Positions 19,938 to 30,251 of a stretch of 64,000 nt of DNA are shown piece by piece. The stretch comes from Candidatus Obscuribacteraceae bacterium. GTDB lineage: Bacteria; Cyanobacteriota; Vampirovibrionia; Obscuribacterales; Obscuribacteraceae. A program made the translations under genes and the position numbers. The first letter of the stretch is position 1; the number at the start of each line of letters is the position of its first letter. The stretch covers positions 960,001 to 1,024,000 of the forward strand of contig JBGASG010000001.1 in the NCBI GenBank assembly GCA_044229845.1, read 5' to 3'. Under the pieces are notes generated by a model, which was given only the letters and a program-made list of their open reading frames with translations, did not search any database and was not told the origin of the DNA.

Positions 19938-21086
19938 ATGAAGCACCTCAACTTTCTCGATGGGCTGCGCGCCGTCTCCATTGTTATGGTGATGGGCTTT
20001 CACAGTATGGGACCCATCTCCGGTGCCATCGGCAACGGCTGGCTGGGTGTCGACGTTTTCTTTGTGATCAGCGGATTTCTGATCACCAGTCTGCTTCTGC
20101 GCGAGAAGGCGCAAAGCGGCACCGTCAACCTGCGCAACTTCTATGTTCGTCGATTTCTGCGTTTGATGCCGGCGTACTGGGCGTTTCTCATAGTGGCGCT
20201 GCTGGTCAATCCGCATCACAGCGCCAAGATGGTGCCCGCATTCATCACTTCAGCCTGCTACATGTCCGATTACGACCTGGCATTCAACTGGGGCAATATC
20301 CTGGGTAGCGGCATCGAAACCACCTGGTCGCTTTCAGTCGAAGAAAAGTTCTACTTTCTGTGGCCGGCGATCGTTCTTTTCCTGGGTTCGCGCTCGGGCA
20401 TGGCGGCGGTCAGCGCAATTCTTGCCTGCGAGATTTTCAAAGGCTGGCTCTGCTACACGCACGCACCTTGCCTGCGTTTGATGGCAGCGTTCGACACTCA
20501 TGTCGACGAGATTATGTTCGGGTGTCTGGCTGCGCAACTGATGAGCACGGCGAAAGCGCGCACGTTGCTGCGCACCGGACGCGGCGGTAATGCATGTGCA
20601 TTTGCACTGGCGGCGGTGATGATCTGGATCTGCTACGCATCACCGCATCCTAAATACCTCACCGACCCGGCGCAGATGACCGTGTTTTTCTCGGTGGTGA
20701 TGCCTGTGTTCTCGGCTGCTGCGGCGCTGCTCATTATGTTGTGCGCCGCCAATGAAAAACTGTGGCTGGCGCGTTTGTTATCAATTCGCCCGCTGGTCTG
20801 GATGGGTGTCTTGTCGTACAGCTTGTACCTGTGGCATCCACTGGTGATGAGCAACATCAGCTGGTGGGCGCATTCACATACCCGCAACCCGGTGAAAAAC
20901 GAACTGATCACGTTCGCCGGCTGCCTTGCTGTCGCCGCGTTGTCGTATTACTTGATCGAAAAACCGTTCCTCAAGTTGAAGAAACGCTTTGAATTCCGCG
21001 CGGGCGCGGACGACACCGAATATGGTGCCGGGCGACCCGCCAAGGAGGCGAAGCTCTCCGCGCCGGTGCCCACCGCCTGCGTGTAA
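19938..21086 (+). CDS. Acyltransferase family 3 (OafA-like O-acetyltransferase)
   Basis: LDGLRAV, GVDVFFVISGFLIT, FYVRRFLRL, WSLSVEEKFY and SYSLYLWH motifs. Confidence 0.95.
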   Translation: MKHLNFLDGLRAVSIVMVMGFHSMGPISGAIGNGWLGVDVFFVISGFLITSLLLREKAQSGTVNLRNFYVRRFLRLMPAYWAFLIVALLVNPHHSAKMVPAFITSACYMSDYDLAFNWGNILGSGIETTWSLSVEEKFYFLWPAIVLFLGSRSGMAAVSAILACEIFKGWLCYTHAPCLRLMAAFDTHVDEIMFGCLAAQLMSTAKARTLLRTGRGGNACAFALAAVMIWICYASPHPKYLTDPAQMTVFFSVVMPVFSAAAALLIMLCAANEKLWLARLLSIRPLVWMGVLSYSLYLWHPLVMSNISWWAHSHTRNPVKNELITFAGCLAVAALSYYLIEKPFLKLKKRFEFRAGADDTEYGAGRPAKEAKLSAPVPTACV

Positions 21087-21137
21087 GTCCGACCGGGTAA
21101 CGCGTACGAAGGTGTGGCCGCCGCGAATGGAGGGGCG

Positions 21138-21243
21138 TGCGTCAGTTTTGATGCAGCCAAGTCGATTTTTGCTTGCGCAACCCGGTTTTTTGAGCAGTCG
21201 GCACGCAGAATCGAGGGTTTCTGCGTCAAAACTGACGCAGACC
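21138..21243. repeat. ~110-bp dispersed element with terminal inverted repeats (REP/MITE-like), copy 1
   Basis: Arms TGCGTCAGTTTTGATGCAG and CTGCGTCAAAACTGACGCA; an inverted, diverged second copy is at 51529-51638. Confidence 0.85.
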
Positions 21244-21273
21244 ACTGTCCGGGCTATTTGGTTTTGAAAGATT

Positions 21274-21346
21274 TGGACGGTACTGGATTCGAACCAGTGG
21301 CCCCCACTATGTCAAAGTGATGCGCTACCAACTGCGCCAACCGTCC
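21274..21346 (-). tRNA. tRNA-Val(GAC)
   Basis: Minus strand GGACGGTTGGCGCAGTTGGTAGCGC...TTGACAT...GGTTCGAATCC...ACCGTCCA forms a cloverleaf; CCA not encoded. Confidence 0.95.
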
Positions 21347-21409
21347 AAGTCAGGGGATGTATTTTAACGTGACTCCCCAATCGCCACAACCCGCAAAGCG
21401 GGGAAAAAT

Positions 21410-21484
<75 letters not shown>

Positions 21485-21501
21485 AGGCATGCAGGGAGGA
21501 A

Positions 21502-21531
21502 ATCCTAGATGCAGCCTGATTCGTTTGTCAA
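21502..21531 (-). promoter_or_regulatory. Sigma70-type promoter for tRNA-Cys
   Basis: Minus strand TTGACA, 18-nt spacer, TAGGAT. Confidence 0.6.
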
Positions 21532-21659
21532 ACGGACAATTGAGGGACAAATGTCAAAGACAAAAGAATAGGGCGTTCCGAGAACACCTGCCTCAAAGGT
21601 AGTTTACAAAAATCCCTGGCAACTCGCCACGATTTATTACGGTGACCGCTCCTTTGCCT

Positions 21660-22812
21660 TTAACCGTCGTCAGGCAGTGCCTCGACCCGCACGTCCAGAT
21701 GCTTTTGGGCGTTGCCACGCCGAATATCCACTTTCAGCACCTGACCGACACTGACTCGCGCAACCGCCTCACTGACGTCGTCCGGGCGGCTAACCGCCAT
21801 GCCGTCGATTTGTGTGATTACATCGCCGGGCAGCAAACCGGCATTGGACGCCGGTCCAAAAGGTCTGACCGTCGAGACCTGGACGCCCTTCGCCGCAGGA
21901 ACCATGCCCATAGCGGCTGCCGCCGGTATTGATACCCACCACTTCGCCGCGCAGGTTGATGAGCGGTCCGCCGGAACTGCCCGGGTTCACTGAAGCATCG
22001 GTTTGGATGAATCGCACCGCGCCCGTCCGCGCGCCATATGCGGTATAGCCTTTGACTTCGCGCCCGATGCCGCTGATCAGCCCGAGCGTCACTGAGCTGT
22101 CCAGTCCAAGCTGATTGCCAATGGCAATTACCCACTCACCTTTGCGCAATTGATCGACATCGGCGAACTTCGCGGTCGGCAGCCCCGTTGCCTCTATCTT
22201 GACGGCGGCAAGGTCGTAAAACGAATCGCGATTGAGGATTTTGGCGGGGAAGGTGCGCTTGTCGTGCAGCGTCACGGTGATCTGCGCCTGACCATCGACC
22301 ACATGCAAACTCGTGAGTATCACGCCGTCCGACCGCACGATGACGCCGGTGCCCGCCAGTTTGGTGTAGCTTTCATCGCCGGGCAAGTCGCCGAAGAAAC
22401 GCTTGTGGCGCTGGATTTCCTCTGGTGTCTGCGGCTTTCTGGTGCCGGGATTGTTGCAGGCGATGTTGACTATGAAAGGTTCAGCGCCTTCGATGACGTC
22501 GGCGATTGTGTCGGGACCAAGGAATTGCATGCCCCAGCGCCCGCTGCCGCCGTTGCGCGCTGCGGGTGGCGCCGCTGCCGGTTGTTGTGGTGGCGCCGCC
22601 CCGGGTTGCGTTGCGGGTTGCACTGCTGGCGGCACGGATTGCGCTTCCGGCGTCACGGGTTGTGTGGACGTCGCGCCGTCAGCGGTGACGCCGGACGGTG
22701 CGGTTTCTTCCCCCGCGCAAAACCCGGGTGCTGCACACACTGACAAGAAGAGAAACGCCGCCAACACAGACGCAATGCGCACCAAAACGAAACCCTCGAA
22801 TTCACAGTACAA
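21660..22812 (-). pseudogene. htrA: HtrA/DegP-family serine protease with PDZ domain, frameshifted by an internal deletion near 21925
   Basis: Catalytic motifs TSLHVV, DLAAVKI and NPGSSGGPL in 21790..22812. The PDZ domain (GPASNAGLLPGDVITQIDG) is in another frame (21660..21911). The usual GIGFAIP...LGI segment is missing. Confidence 0.8.
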
Positions 22813-22857
22813 TTACACCGCAACAAGCCTCAATTCTAATACGTTGGTGATAATCAG

Positions 22858-23364
22858 GTGTTACGGTTTCATGTGGTAGTGACGGCAGCCCTGTGCGCAT
22901 GCGCGGCGATGACGACGCTGAGCGCTTGCAATTCCAGCAAAGAAGTTTCTTTTCAATCGGGCGGCGTGAAACAAACTTTCGCCAGCGGGCACGAAGCCAC
23001 AGACGAAGCGTTTCCGCTGCCCATGTATCCAGCCGCGCAACCCTCCGGCTCGGTGGGTTCGCAAGGTGACGCCAACGACAACAGCAAGTTTCTTATGCTG
23101 ACGTCGCAAGATGCTGTTTCAAAGATTGGCGACTTTTACGAAGCCGAAATGAAAAAGGAAGGGTGGAACATCGTTTCGCTCAACACTTTGCCAAGCATGA
23201 TCAACATCAGCGCTGAAAAAGACAACCTGGAAGGCAGCGTCATGGTCACTGGCGACGGCGAAAACACGACTATCAAACTGCAAGTCGGCAACAAGGTGGA
23301 AGGCGTGCCCAGCCCGTCTACGGCGCCGAACGCCACGGACCAGCTAAATCCGCCCACCGACTGA
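22858..23364 (+). CDS. Putative lipoprotein
   Basis: Lipobox LSAC; PLPMYP and FYEAEMKKEGW motifs. Confidence 0.7.
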   Translation: MLRFHVVVTAALCACAAMTTLSACNSSKEVSFQSGGVKQTFASGHEATDEAFPLPMYPAAQPSGSVGSQGDANDNSKFLMLTSQDAVSKIGDFYEAEMKKEGWNIVSLNTLPSMINISAEKDNLEGSVMVTGDGENTTIKLQVGNKVEGVPSPSTAPNATDQLNPPTD

Positions 23365-23420
23365 TACGATATTCGATTGCGTGCTCGCGCACCGCTCGCC
23401 AACAAATAGGATGTATCGCA

Positions 23421-24032
23421 GTGGATGCAATCGGTGAGGTTCTTACATCGTCGATCGTCGGTTTTACCGGCGAATTCTGGAACGCCGACGACGGTAGCAT
23501 GGTGCGCGCCAACTTGCAGATGCCGCGCTTCGGCAGTTTCGTGCGCGCCGAATCCAGCGACACCGGGCTGAACGTATTTGGTGTCGTCTACAACGTGGTT
23601 ACCGGTCCGCAAGACAGCATGCACAAGCCCACGGCGCTGCGCATGTCGCGCGACGAATTGCGGCTGCAGCAGCCCCATATTTTTTCGCTCTTGCGCACTG
23701 AGGTCTATGCCACCATCGTCGGTTACGAGTTGGAAGGTCAATACCACAAGCGGCTGCCGCCGCACCCGCCTCTGGTGCATGACTTTCTCTTCAAGTGTCT
23801 TCCCGAAGAAGTGGTGGCGATCACCGAAGATTTCGATTTCGTGCGCTTCCTGACCGAGGTGCCGGTGGTGCCGATTGACGAATTAATCGCCTCTGCCGTG
23901 CAAGAGGCATACCAGGCGCGCAACCGCGACTACAAATTTCTCGTCACCGCCGGTCAAACCATCTCGCGCCTGATTCCCGGCGACTACGATCGGCTGGTTT
24001 CGGTGCTCCGCAAAATCCGCCCCACCGACTAG
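23421..24032 (+). CDS. HAS-barrel domain protein
   Basis: IGEV..SS...F, P.FGSFV, L..QQPHIF.LL.TE and LPP.PP.VH motifs typical of the cyanobacterial family. Confidence 0.8.
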   Translation: MDAIGEVLTSSIVGFTGEFWNADDGSMVRANLQMPRFGSFVRAESSDTGLNVFGVVYNVVTGPQDSMHKPTALRMSRDELRLQQPHIFSLLRTEVYATIVGYELEGQYHKRLPPHPPLVHDFLFKCLPEEVVAITEDFDFVRFLTEVPVVPIDELIASAVQEAYQARNRDYKFLVTAGQTISRLIPGDYDRLVSVLRKIRPTD

Positions 24033-24050
24033 TCAGTCGTCTATAACTAA

Positions 24051-24082
24051 TATGCATAAATCGAGGGGTCGTTTTATGCATA
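24051..24082. terminator. AT-rich hairpin between convergent genes
   Basis: TATGCATAAA (24051-24060) and TTTATGCATA (24073-24082). Confidence 0.45.
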
Positions 24083-24099
24083 ATACGCATAAAGCGGAT

Positions 24100-24978
24100 T
24101 TACGCGACCGCCGAATCCTGGTCGCCGTACTTCAGGTACACCGCGACACCGATGCTCACGAGAATCAGCAATAGTGTGGAGACCGCGGAACCGAAAGCCC
24201 AGTCGCGCACCACGAGAAACTGGTTCTGGATGAGCGAGCCGATGTACATGTGCTTGGCACCGCCCATGAGGTCAGGCGTCACATAGTCGCCGAGGCTGGG
24301 CACGAAGGTCATGATTACACCGGCGACGATACCACGCGCCGAAAGCGGAATAATCACCCGCCACAACACTGTCCACCACCCGGCGCCCAGGTCGCGCGCG
24401 GCTTCTATATAGCGCTTGTCCAGTTTCTCCAGAGCGGCATACAAAGGAAGAATCATGAACGGCAGGTAGTTGTACACCATGCCCAGCAGCACTGCCCAAT
24501 CCGTATACAGAATCACCGGCGGATTGGCGATGCCCAACATCTGCAGCGTGTGCGTCAAAAATCCGGTCGGGCGCAAAATCACAATCCACGCGTAGATGCG
24601 CAGCAAGAACGACGTCCACAAAGGTGCCGCGAGCAATGTCATGCAGAGATTCTGCCGCCGCGCCGGCACAATCAGCGCCAGCCACAAGGCAAGGGGAAAC
24701 CCGATCAGTAGGCATGTGGTCGTCGTCGATAGCGCCAGCCCCAGCGACCGCCCCAATGTGTTGAGATACGGTCCTGTAACGAACCGCACATAGTTGTCAG
24801 GGTTGATGCTCAGGACGATGCGCCCGAGCGGGTCGCGTGTGCCGAGGCTGAAGACCAGGATGATCGCCATGGGCACCAGCATGAAGACCGCGAGCCAGAT
24901 GCCCGTCGGCGCCAATAGCAGTCTGGATAAGGGAAACGGGCTGCGGCGCGAAACTGTTACTGCTGTGCTGGTCGTCAT
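24100..24978 (-). CDS. potB: Spermidine/putrescine-type ABC transporter permease (PotB-like)
   Basis: PLWTSFLLRIYAW, YNYLPFMILPLY, EAARDLGA loop and DW.FGSA motifs. Confidence 0.88.
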   Translation of the reverse strand: MTTSTAVTVSRRSPFPLSRLLLAPTGIWLAVFMLVPMAIILVFSLGTRDPLGRIVLSINPDNYVRFVTGPYLNTLGRSLGLALSTTTTCLLIGFPLALWLALIVPARRQNLCMTLLAAPLWTSFLLRIYAWIVILRPTGFLTHTLQMLGIANPPVILYTDWAVLLGMVYNYLPFMILPLYAALEKLDKRYIEAARDLGAGWWTVLWRVIIPLSARGIVAGVIMTFVPSLGDYVTPDLMGGAKHMYIGSLIQNQFLVVRDWAFGSAVSTLLLILVSIGVAVYLKYGDQDSAVA

Positions 24979-25115
24979 CTGCGGCTGTGCTGGTGGTGTT
25001 TTGCCTATGTTAGTAAATGCTGATCATTTACTCAATCGCGTATATCGAAGTGCTATTGTAGGCAATCTGGCACGCGTTCGTGTCGTTTGAAAACAGCGAG
25101 TTCGAGGGGTTTCCA

Positions 25116-26381
25116 ATGGGACAAGTTATCGACAAGACTTACAACGGCCTCAAGGTTCCGCAAGGCGAAAAGATTTCCTTCGCCGATGGCAAACCCGTCA
25201 CGCCGACTCATCCGATCATTCCGTTCATCGAAGGCGACGGCACCGGTCCGGACATTTGGAAAGCATCGCAACGTGTATTCGATGCCGCCGTCAAGAAAGC
25301 CTACGGCGACAAACGCAAAATCGTCTGGTTTGAAGTATTCGCCGGCGAGAAAGCCAAAGAACAACACGGCGATTGGCTGCCGCAAGACACCCTCGACGCC
25401 ATCCGTGAATTCGGCGTTGCCATCAAAGGACCGCTCAGCACGCCAGTCGGCGGCGGCATCCGCAGCTTGAACGTCACCCTGCGTCAAGTATTCGATCTGT
25501 ATTGCTGCGTACGTCCGGTTCGTTACTTCCAGGGCGTGCCATCGCCAGTAGTGGCACCGGAAAAACTCGATGTCGTCATCTTCCGTGAAAACACCGAAGA
25601 CGTATATTCCGGCATCGAATACCCGGCAGAGTCCGAAGAAGCCCGCAAAGTGATCAGCTTGATCGAAGGCTTCGGCAAGAAGATCCGTCCGGACTCCGGC
25701 ATCGGCATCAAGCCCATCTCCAAAACCGGTTCGCAACGTCTCGTGCGCCGCGCCATCGAGTACGCCATCGAGCACAAACGCAAGTCTGTGACCATGGTGC
25801 ACAAAGGCAACATCCAGAAGTTCACCGAAGGCGCATTCAGAGACTGGGGCTATCAGTTGGCCGAAGCTGAATTCAGCCACGTCATCGTCACCGAAGAAAA
25901 ACTGGCTGCCGAATACGACGGCAAGCTGCCGGAAGGCAAGATTTTGCTTAACGACAGAATCGCCGACTCGATGTTCCAGCAAGTGCTGACCCGTCCGGAT
26001 GAGTACGCCGTCCTCGCGACGACCAACCTCAACGGCGACTACCTCTCCGATGCTTGCGCCGCGCAAGTCGGCGGATTGGGCATCGCCCCCGGTGCCAACA
26101 TCGGCGACAGCTGCGCGGTGTTCGAAGCCACCCACGGCACCGCTCCGAAGTACGCCAACAAAGACGTCATCAACCCGGGTTCGGTAATTCTTTCCGGCGT
26201 CATGATGCTTGAGTACCTCGGCTGGACCGAAGCTCGCGACCTGATCGTCAACGCCTTCTCGAAGACCATCCAAGAGAAAGTGGTGACCTACGATCTCGAG
26301 CGCTTGATGAAGGGCGCAACCAAGGTGAAAACCAGCGAGTTCGCCAACAAGATCATCGAAATCATGGAATCAGCCAAGTAA
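25116..26381 (+). CDS. icd: NADP-dependent isocitrate dehydrogenase
   Basis: [49 protein letters not shown] and [11 protein letters not shown] motifs. Confidence 0.97.
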   Translation: MGQVIDKTYNGLKVPQGEKISFADGKPVTPTHPIIPFIEGDGTGPDIWKASQRVFDAAVKKAYGDKRKIVWFEVFAGEKAKEQHGDWLPQDTLDAIREFGVAIKGPLSTPVGGGIRSLNVTLRQVFDLYCCVRPVRYFQGVPSPVVAPEKLDVVIFRENTEDVYSGIEYPAESEEARKVISLIEGFGKKIRPDSGIGIKPISKTGSQRLVRRAIEYAIEHKRKSVTMVHKGNIQKFTEGAFRDWGYQLAEAEFSHVIVTEEKLAAEYDGKLPEGKILLNDRIADSMFQQVLTRPDEYAVLATTNLNGDYLSDACAAQVGGLGIAPGANIGDSCAVFEATHGTAPKYANKDVINPGSVILSGVMMLEYLGWTEARDLIVNAFSKTIQEKVVTYDLERLMKGATKVKTSEFANKIIEIMESAK

Positions 26382-26394
26382 GACCATTTGCATG

Positions 26395-26425
26395 AGAGGG
26401 GCGGCATTCGTGTCGCCCCTCTTTT
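26395..26425 (+). terminator. Intrinsic terminator after icd
   Basis: AGAGGGGCGGCA-TTCG-TGTCGCCCCTCT followed by TTT. Confidence 0.75.
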
Positions 26426-26457
26426 AGTTAGAACGGACAGGCGGCGGAGGAGGAGCA

Positions 26458-26667
26458 ATGTCGCAACATCAAGGACAGCGCGAGAAAGCGATTTATCTCA
26501 GGCAGTGGGTCGGCGAGAAGGTGCTTACGGTCACCGCCAACTCTTCCAATTACACAGGACGGCTGACGAACATCGTTTTCGATGGCTCGCGCCTGATGTA
26601 CATTCTGCTTGACGATCAGGTCTGCCTCAATTTCGATCACATCGTCGAAATTCGCCTCGAGAAGTAG
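26458..26667 (+). CDS. Small hypothetical protein, possible Sm/LSm-like fold
   Basis: Strong RBS GGAGGAGGAG; pattern L...VGEKV.V......YTGRL...D....ILL......FDHIVEI; stop overlaps the fmt start. Confidence 0.65.
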   Translation: MSQHQGQREKAIYLRQWVGEKVLTVTANSSNYTGRLTNIVFDGSRLMYILLDDQVCLNFDHIVEIRLEK

Positions 26668-27638
26668 TGAGAATCATCTACCTGGGCACGCCGGAATTTG
26701 CGGTGCCGACTCTGGAGAAGCTGATCTCCTGGGACGGCGCCGAAGTCGTTGGTCTCGTCACGCAACCGGATCGACCGGCCGGGCGCGGCAACAAGGTGAT
26801 ACCACCGCCGACCAAGGTGGTGGCTGAGAAGCACGGCATCCCGGTCTTGCAACCGGAGAAATTATCTAAGTCACCGGATGTGGTGCAGTCCATGCGCGAC
26901 ATGCAGCCGGATGTGCTGGTGATGGTGGCATTCGGGCAGATTCTTAAGAAGGAAGTCTTGACGATGGCGCCGATGGGCGTCGTCAATCTGCATGGTTCGG
27001 TGCTGCCCGCGCTTCGCGGTGCGGCGCCGATCAACTGGTCGATTATCAATGGCGACAAGACTGCCGGCATCACGACGATGTTTTCGGAAGCCGGTGTCGA
27101 CACCGGACCGATGTTGTTGAAGCACGAAGTCCAATTAGGTCAGGACACGACGGCGGAAGAACTGGCGCACGAGCTATCTATTATCGGCGCGGATCTGGTG
27201 CTGGAGACATTGAAACAACTGCAAGCCGGAACATTGCAAGGCACGCCGCAAGACGACAGTCTTGCCACGATGGCGCCGCGCCTGGATAAGGAACTCGGAC
27301 GCATCGATTGGTCTCAGGCGGCGCGCAAGATACACAATCTGGTGCGTGGACTGGTGCCGTGGCCGGGGACGTTCACGACGTTTCGCGGCGATGTGCTGAA
27401 GATACATAAGACGGCGCGCGTTAACGCCAAGCGACCGCCTGGTGCTGCGGTGGGGGAGCTGTTTCAGGATGGTGGCAACATCTTCGTTGCCTGCGGACCC
27501 AATGCGGATGACGCGATTCAGTTGATTGAGGTGCAGCCGCCCAATAAGGCGCGCATGAGCGCCCGCGATTGGATGAACGGTGCCCACGTCACGGTCGGTG
27601 AGCGCCTCGGCGTTGACATCGCCAAACCGGTTAGCTAG
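26667..27638 (+). CDS. fmt: Methionyl-tRNA formyltransferase
   Basis: GTPEFAVP.L, VTQPDRPAGRG, NLHGSVLP.LRGAAPI and DTGPML motifs. Confidence 0.97.
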   Translation: MRIIYLGTPEFAVPTLEKLISWDGAEVVGLVTQPDRPAGRGNKVIPPPTKVVAEKHGIPVLQPEKLSKSPDVVQSMRDMQPDVLVMVAFGQILKKEVLTMAPMGVVNLHGSVLPALRGAAPINWSIINGDKTAGITTMFSEAGVDTGPMLLKHEVQLGQDTTAEELAHELSIIGADLVLETLKQLQAGTLQGTPQDDSLATMAPRLDKELGRIDWSQAARKIHNLVRGLVPWPGTFTTFRGDVLKIHKTARVNAKRPPGAAVGELFQDGGNIFVACGPNADDAIQLIEVQPPNKARMSARDWMNGAHVTVGERLGVDIAKPVS

Positions 27639-29093
27639 ATGAAAGGTGTAGCGGCACGACGAGTGGCGGTAGAGGTTCTGCTCAAAGTCGAGCAGGAGAA
27701 TGCCTACGCCAATCTGGCTCTGAATGCTGCTTTCGAGAGGAAACATCAAATGTCGGAACGCGACCGGGCGTTCGCGACGTTTCTTGTGCAGGGTGTATTG
27801 CGCCATCGCGGCGAACTCGATGAGGCGATCCGCCCGTTTCTCAAAAGACCGATGGACAAACTGGCAGCATCCTTGAGAAACGTGCTGCGACTGGGTGTCT
27901 TCCAGTTGGTCCACGCGACCGACATACCACCATCCGCGGTGCTCAACACAAGCGCCGAGGTGGCAAAGTTAATGGGTCATGCAGGAAACGCCAGCGTCAC
28001 CACCGCCGTCCTGCGAAACTTCTTGCGCCAGCTGGAAGAGCAGCGGGCCGTATCCGGCGACGCGGACGCATCCGGCCGGGGAGCGCACCAGTCGGGCAGC
28101 GATGCATTGCCCGCCGGCGACGCCGCCGCTTTCGACAGCGAGAAACTGGCGGAGCGCTACGGCGTCAGCCACTGGCTGGTGGACAAGTGGAAGACCACGT
28201 TCGGCGCTGAAGAGTGCATGAAACTTCTGGCTTATTCGCAGAGTGTGCCACCACTGACGCTGCGCGTTTGTACGGGCAGCATCACCGCCGAAGGCTTGAG
28301 CGAAATTCTGGAACGCAAAGGTGTGAAGGTGCGGCGCGGGCATCTCGTTCCCGATTGTCTGGTGGTCGAGGATCGCAAGGCGGTGCGCGGACCAATTGAG
28401 AAACTGCCAGGTTTCAACGAAGGCTTGTTCGTTGTCCAGGATGAGGCGGCGGCATTCGTTTCCGAAGTAGTGGATGCGAAACCAGGCGAGACCATCGTCG
28501 ACCTGTGCGCCGCTCCGGGCGGCAAAACTGTACACCTGGCCGAAAAAATGGAGAACAAAGGGCGCGTGATTGCGGTCGACGTGCACGCCAACCGCCTCAA
28601 CCTTTTGAAGGAAACGCGCAACCGGCTGGGGCTCACCAACATCGAAATCAAGATCGCCGACGGCGTTGAATTTATGCCTGACCGAGAGGCGAATAAAGTT
28701 TTGCTCGATGCACCGTGCACTGGCACCGGTGTCATCAACCGTCGCACCGACTTGCGATTTAAGCGCGAGGCGCCCCATCTCAGCGATCTGGTCGAACTGC
28801 AGCGCAAGCTGCTTGCGCAGTCCGCCAAGATGATTGCGCCGGGCGGCGAGCTTGTCTACTCGACGTGTTCGATCGAACCCGAGGAAAACGAGCAGAACAT
28901 CGCCTGGTTCCTTGAACAGCACCCCGAATTCCAACTGGATGACATACGCAGCTATGTCCCCGCTGACCTGCAGACTGAATGGTTCACCGATACCACCAAT
29001 CACGGTGCCATTCAGCTTATGCCTACGCGCCACGGCGTTTCAGGCTTCTACGTCGCCAAACTGAAAAAGGCTCCCGCATTAACAGAAGATTGA
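27639..29093 (+). CDS. rsmB: 16S rRNA m5C967 methyltransferase RsmB
   Basis: NusB-like N-terminal domain; VQDE, DLCAAPGGKT, LLDAPCTGTG and LVYSTCS motifs; follows fmt. Confidence 0.95.
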   Translation: MKGVAARRVAVEVLLKVEQENAYANLALNAAFERKHQMSERDRAFATFLVQGVLRHRGELDEAIRPFLKRPMDKLAASLRNVLRLGVFQLVHATDIPPSAVLNTSAEVAKLMGHAGNASVTTAVLRNFLRQLEEQRAVSGDADASGRGAHQSGSDALPAGDAAAFDSEKLAERYGVSHWLVDKWKTTFGAEECMKLLAYSQSVPPLTLRVCTGSITAEGLSEILERKGVKVRRGHLVPDCLVVEDRKAVRGPIEKLPGFNEGLFVVQDEAAAFVSEVVDAKPGETIVDLCAAPGGKTVHLAEKMENKGRVIAVDVHANRLNLLKETRNRLGLTNIEIKIADGVEFMPDREANKVLLDAPCTGTGVINRRTDLRFKREAPHLSDLVELQRKLLAQSAKMIAPGGELVYSTCSIEPEENEQNIAWFLEQHPEFQLDDIRSYVPADLQTEWFTDTTNHGAIQLMPTRHGVSGFYVAKLKKAPALTED

Positions 29094-29181
29094 GCCCACC
29101 GCTCCACCCTCCTAAATCGGGTATGACTGTAGTAGGCCTTATCGGCTACTCTTTTGGAGGCTCCCTCGCGGAGTAAAAACT

Positions 29182-30054
29182 ATGGGAATCGGATTGGAAC
29201 TAGTACACCTCTTTTGGGCGCTCGGCTTCATTATGTTGGCGCTGATGGCGTCGGCGCTGAAGTTCGTCAATGAATACGACCGGCTTGTCGTGTTCCGATT
29301 CGGTCGCGTTACCGGAGTCAAGGGACCTGGACCAGTATTCATCATTCCGCTCATCGAGCGATACAAGAAAGTCGACATGCGCATGGTGACAATGTCGATT
29401 CCCATGCAAGAAACGATCACGAAGGACAACGTTTCCGCGAAGACGGCTGCTGTCTGTTTCTTCCAGGTCGTTGATCCATATAAAGTGATCACCAAAATCG
29501 AAGACCCGTACAATGCCACCAACCAGATAGCGCAAACCACATTGCGCAGCGTCATCGGTCAACACGAACTCGATGAGTTGCTCTCCGAGCGCGATCTGAT
29601 CAACGCCAAGTTGCAAGCCATGATCGACCGGCAGACTGAAGACTGGGGCATCAAAGTCAACGCCGTCGAAGTGAAGGACGTGGAAATTCCCGAGATGATG
29701 CAGCGCGCCATGGCACGTCAGGCGGAAGCCGAACGCGAACGCCGCGCCAAAGTTGTTGCCGCCGACGGTGAATTGCAGGCCGCCGAGAAACTCGCTCAAG
29801 CCGCCGCCAAGATTGGCAGCGAGCCGGGAGCGATGCAGTTGCGGCAGTTGCAAACCATGGTGGAAGTCTCCGCCGAAAAGAACAGCACACTTATCTTCCC
29901 GGTGCCCATCGAACTGCTCGCATTTGCAGATAAGTTCACAGGCAACAGAGCCAGTGCGGCGCTGACACCAAAGCTGGTGACCGAGCCATCGTCGAATGCG
30001 AACTCAGACGGCGATACCATTAACCTTAAAGAGACCAAAAAAGAGAAAGCCTAG
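29182..30054 (+). CDS. SPFH/stomatin-like (slipin) protein
   Basis: VVFRFGR, QETITKDNVS, AQTTLRSVIG and RAMARQAEAERERRAK motifs. Confidence 0.95.
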   Translation: MGIGLELVHLFWALGFIMLALMASALKFVNEYDRLVVFRFGRVTGVKGPGPVFIIPLIERYKKVDMRMVTMSIPMQETITKDNVSAKTAAVCFFQVVDPYKVITKIEDPYNATNQIAQTTLRSVIGQHELDELLSERDLINAKLQAMIDRQTEDWGIKVNAVEVKDVEIPEMMQRAMARQAEAERERRAKVVAADGELQAAEKLAQAAAKIGSEPGAMQLRQLQTMVEVSAEKNSTLIFPVPIELLAFADKFTGNRASAALTPKLVTEPSSNANSDGDTINLKETKKEKA

Positions 30055-30251
30055 CTAGGGACCTTCTGGCGCGACGACGTCTGTGCTTGTGTGCGGTTCG
30101 ATTCAAAGCCTTCGACACGCCATGAGTTTCCGCGAAGTCCAGACTGCCGAATTTCGCGCATACTCTTTAGGCATCATCGGGTCGGCTATGTTTGTTATGC
30201 CGCATATGAGCCTATTGCTCATTGTCTCACGCAGCCCAAATTTGAGACAGG

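Noticed and set aside
23421..24032. HerA-NurA repair or defence operon
   Set aside because: Only the HAS-barrel gene is present; no HerA ATPase or NurA nuclease gene is in the window.
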